DNA of 64,000 nucleotides from a virus (Duplodnaviria; Caudoviricetes): IMG/VR virus record IMGVR_UViG_2822194890_000001, positions 4,179 to 68,178 of that record; one strand, 5' to 3'. Shown piece by piece: positions 62,191 to 64,000 of this stretch (position 1 is its first letter; each line of letters starts with the position of its first letter). The notes under the pieces were generated by a model. It saw only the letters and a program-made list of their open reading frames with translations, ran no database searches and was not told where the DNA came from. The position numbers and the translations under genes were made by a program.

Positions 62191-62925
62191 ATGACACTTA
62201 ATAACAAAACAATTATTGAAAAAGCAGACGTTACTCTTGCCACATTGGCTAGTGGTGGTTTAATGAATCCTGAACAAGCTGATACATTCTTACGTATGGT
62301 GCAAAACTCCCCTACTATTTTAAAAGATTCGCGCTTTATTCAAATGGCTTCAGACACACTTAAAATTGAAAAGATTGGCTTTGGTTCCCGTATTCTTCGT
62401 CCTGGCGTTGAAGGTGTACCTTTAAAAGATTCTGATCGCTCTGCTCCGTCAACTAGTACAATTACGTTAAATGCCAAAGAAGTAATTGCTGAAGTGCATA
62501 TTACTTATGATACATTGGAAAACAATATTGAGGGTGGGAATCTTCAAAACACAATCATGCAGATGATTGCAGATCGTGCTGCATTAGATATTGAAGAATT
62601 AATTTTGAATGGTGATATAGCATCTACAGATCCTTATTTAGCTTTATTAGATGGTCTGCGTAAACAAGCAACTTCGCATGTTGTAGATGGTGTTCCAGTA
62701 GAGGGGATTGCTATGTTACAGCCATATAATGATGGAGATAATACTGTATCTGATATTTTATTAACTCTTCCTAAAAATATTGTGACAGGTATGAGCCGTA
62801 ATATTCGAATTGAAGTGGATAAGGATATTCGCGCTCGTAAATTCATTATTGTTTTAACTGCGAAAGTTGATGTGAAGTTCGAAGAGGAAGATGCAGTGGC
62901 AAAAGTTATCAAAGTTAAGGAGTGA
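62191..62925 (+). CDS. Major capsid protein (XkdG-like), apparently with an internal in-frame deletion
   Basis: [43 protein letters not shown] motifs; only 244 aa. Confidence 0.85.
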   Translation: MTLNNKTIIEKADVTLATLASGGLMNPEQADTFLRMVQNSPTILKDSRFIQMASDTLKIEKIGFGSRILRPGVEGVPLKDSDRSAPSTSTITLNAKEVIAEVHITYDTLENNIEGGNLQNTIMQMIADRAALDIEELILNGDIASTDPYLALLDGLRKQATSHVVDGVPVEGIAMLQPYNDGDNTVSDILLTLPKNIVTGMSRNIRIEVDKDIRARKFIIVLTAKVDVKFEEEDAVAKVIKVKE

Positions 62926-62931
62926 TGACTT

Positions 62932-63099
62932 TTGAATTACTATGCTAAATTAATAGTCGGGAAAACATATGACGTCCATGAACGTCTATTTTTATTGGGG
63001 CAAGAAGAGAAGGTTACAAAGAAAACGTACGATTACCTAAGTGGTAACGAACAATTTGAAGTTCGAAAAGAAGGTAGTAAATCAAAAGGAGAGGAGTGA
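62932..63099 (+). CDS. YqbF-like small head protein (55 aa; not in ORF track)
   Basis: MNYYAKLIVGKTYDV..F..GQEEKVTKKTYDYL; between capsid and connector genes. Confidence 0.6.
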   Translation: MNYYAKLIVGKTYDVHERLFLLGQEEKVTKKTYDYLSGNEQFEVRKEGSKSKGEE

Positions 63100-63497
63100 T
63101 AAGTATGGTGCTTATTACTGTTCGAGAATTAATAGATTACACTGTACTGCCTGAAGTAAAGAAACGTCCTGTTCCTCTATTGGAGCAGGACATACTTGAG
63201 GCAGAAACAGAGATTAATAATATTCATAATATAGCTAATTTCGCTGATCAAACGAAATTTCCAGTAATTCCTGAAGTGGTAAAGTTAGCTTGTAAAAAGT
63301 TAGCACAGTATTATGCGTATACAAACGCTGATACTACTGCAATGAAGGGAATTAAGTCTGAAAGTGTTGGTGGTGGAGATTATTCATATACAAAGGATAG
63401 CTCTAGTATCACTAAACCTGATGTGCTTAATTTATTAAAAGGGTTTATACCTAACGCTGGAAAGAATAAAGTCACGTTCAAAATGAGGACGATTTAA
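63096..63497 (+). CDS. Head-tail connector (YqbG/DUF3199-like)
   Basis: KLACKKLAQYYA, KSESVG.GDYSYTK motifs. Confidence 0.75.
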   Translation: MISMVLITVRELIDYTVLPEVKKRPVPLLEQDILEAETEINNIHNIANFADQTKFPVIPEVVKLACKKLAQYYAYTNADTTAMKGIKSESVGGGDYSYTKDSSSITKPDVLNLLKGFIPNAGKNKVTFKMRTI

Positions 63498-63877
63498 TGT
63501 CTCTACAAGTAATGATGGCCCATGAATGCGATATTTACCACTTGCAGAAGGAAACAAAGCCAGGGAAGTACGGGCAACCAGGAGAAGAGGTTTATTCTTA
63601 CAAGGATAGTCCTGATGTAGCAGAACAAAGCTGCTATTTTATAGAAAGCACAACTACATCTGTACAATCAGCGCCAAACCAATTAAACAACCAAGAAATC
63701 CGAGTATTATTTATGCCGGATGCTGATGTTAAGCATAATGACAAAGCGATTAAAAAAGATACGAATGTCGCTTACTATATACGAAATCCCTTTCCAGTAG
63801 CGAATCCACGTACTGGTGAAGTTTCACATATAAAAGCCATAGCAGAGAGGAAGAGTGAGCCATGGCTAGCCAAATAA
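63497..63877 (+). CDS. Head-tail adaptor (YqbH/DUF3599-like)
   Basis: HECDIYHL..YGQP..YSY..PD motif; gene position. Confidence 0.75.
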   Translation: MSLQVMMAHECDIYHLQKETKPGKYGQPGEEVYSYKDSPDVAEQSCYFIESTTTSVQSAPNQLNNQEIRVLFMPDADVKHNDKAIKKDTNVAYYIRNPFPVANPRTGEVSHIKAIAERKSEPWLAK

Positions 63878-64000
63878 CGACTAGAGGGTTCCGCGAATTC
63901 AGTGCTAAGTTGAATCGTATGGCGAACGGGTTAGATCAGAACGTCGCTTTATGGCTTGAAGCTAGCGGTTTTCAATTTCTAGAAGAAGTACAAAATCAAA
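63862..64000 (+). CDS. HK97 gp10-like tail completion protein (runs off window)
   Basis: MASQITTRGFREFSAKL..WLEASGFQFLEEVQ. Confidence 0.6.
   Translation, partial: MASQITTRGFREFSAKLNRMANGLDQNVALWLEASGFQFLEEVQNQ

Overview
AT-rich Bacillus cereus-group temperate siphophage. The window starts inside the tape-measure gene and ends in the head-tail genes, so it probably covers most of a circularly permuted genome. Order: tail (1-7.6 kb); lysis (XhlA, holin, signal-peptide amidase); an IS3/IS150-type IS inserted in the lysis terminator; SOS-boxed Y-family polymerase plus YolD; an FtsK/replication-relaxation module; a HEPN protein; ParA with two paralogous adaptors and palindromic centromere-like repeats; a ~1 kb ORF-free, highly structured region that looks like an antisense-RNA-controlled replicon with no Rep gene (20.6-21.6 kb); a ~12 kb cargo array whose genes are separated by nine copies of one promoter/sRNA/terminator element (22.3-33.9 kb; spore, lipoprotein, antimicrobial and defence cargo); defence-like genes (ATPase, TIR, FRG, AbiF with upstream RNA, ART-like, Abi_C-like); an arbitrium aimR-aimP-aimX locus facing the cI/cro switch; replication genes; an ~800 nt structured non-coding region; a resolvase with res site; and PBSX/skin-like head genes. 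No integrase was seen, which with par, resolvase and the candidate origin points to a plasmidial prophage. An apparent ~65 aa in-frame deletion in the capsid gene and a nonsense codon in dUTPase suggest decay. Family assignments come from motif recognition and recall, not database searches.
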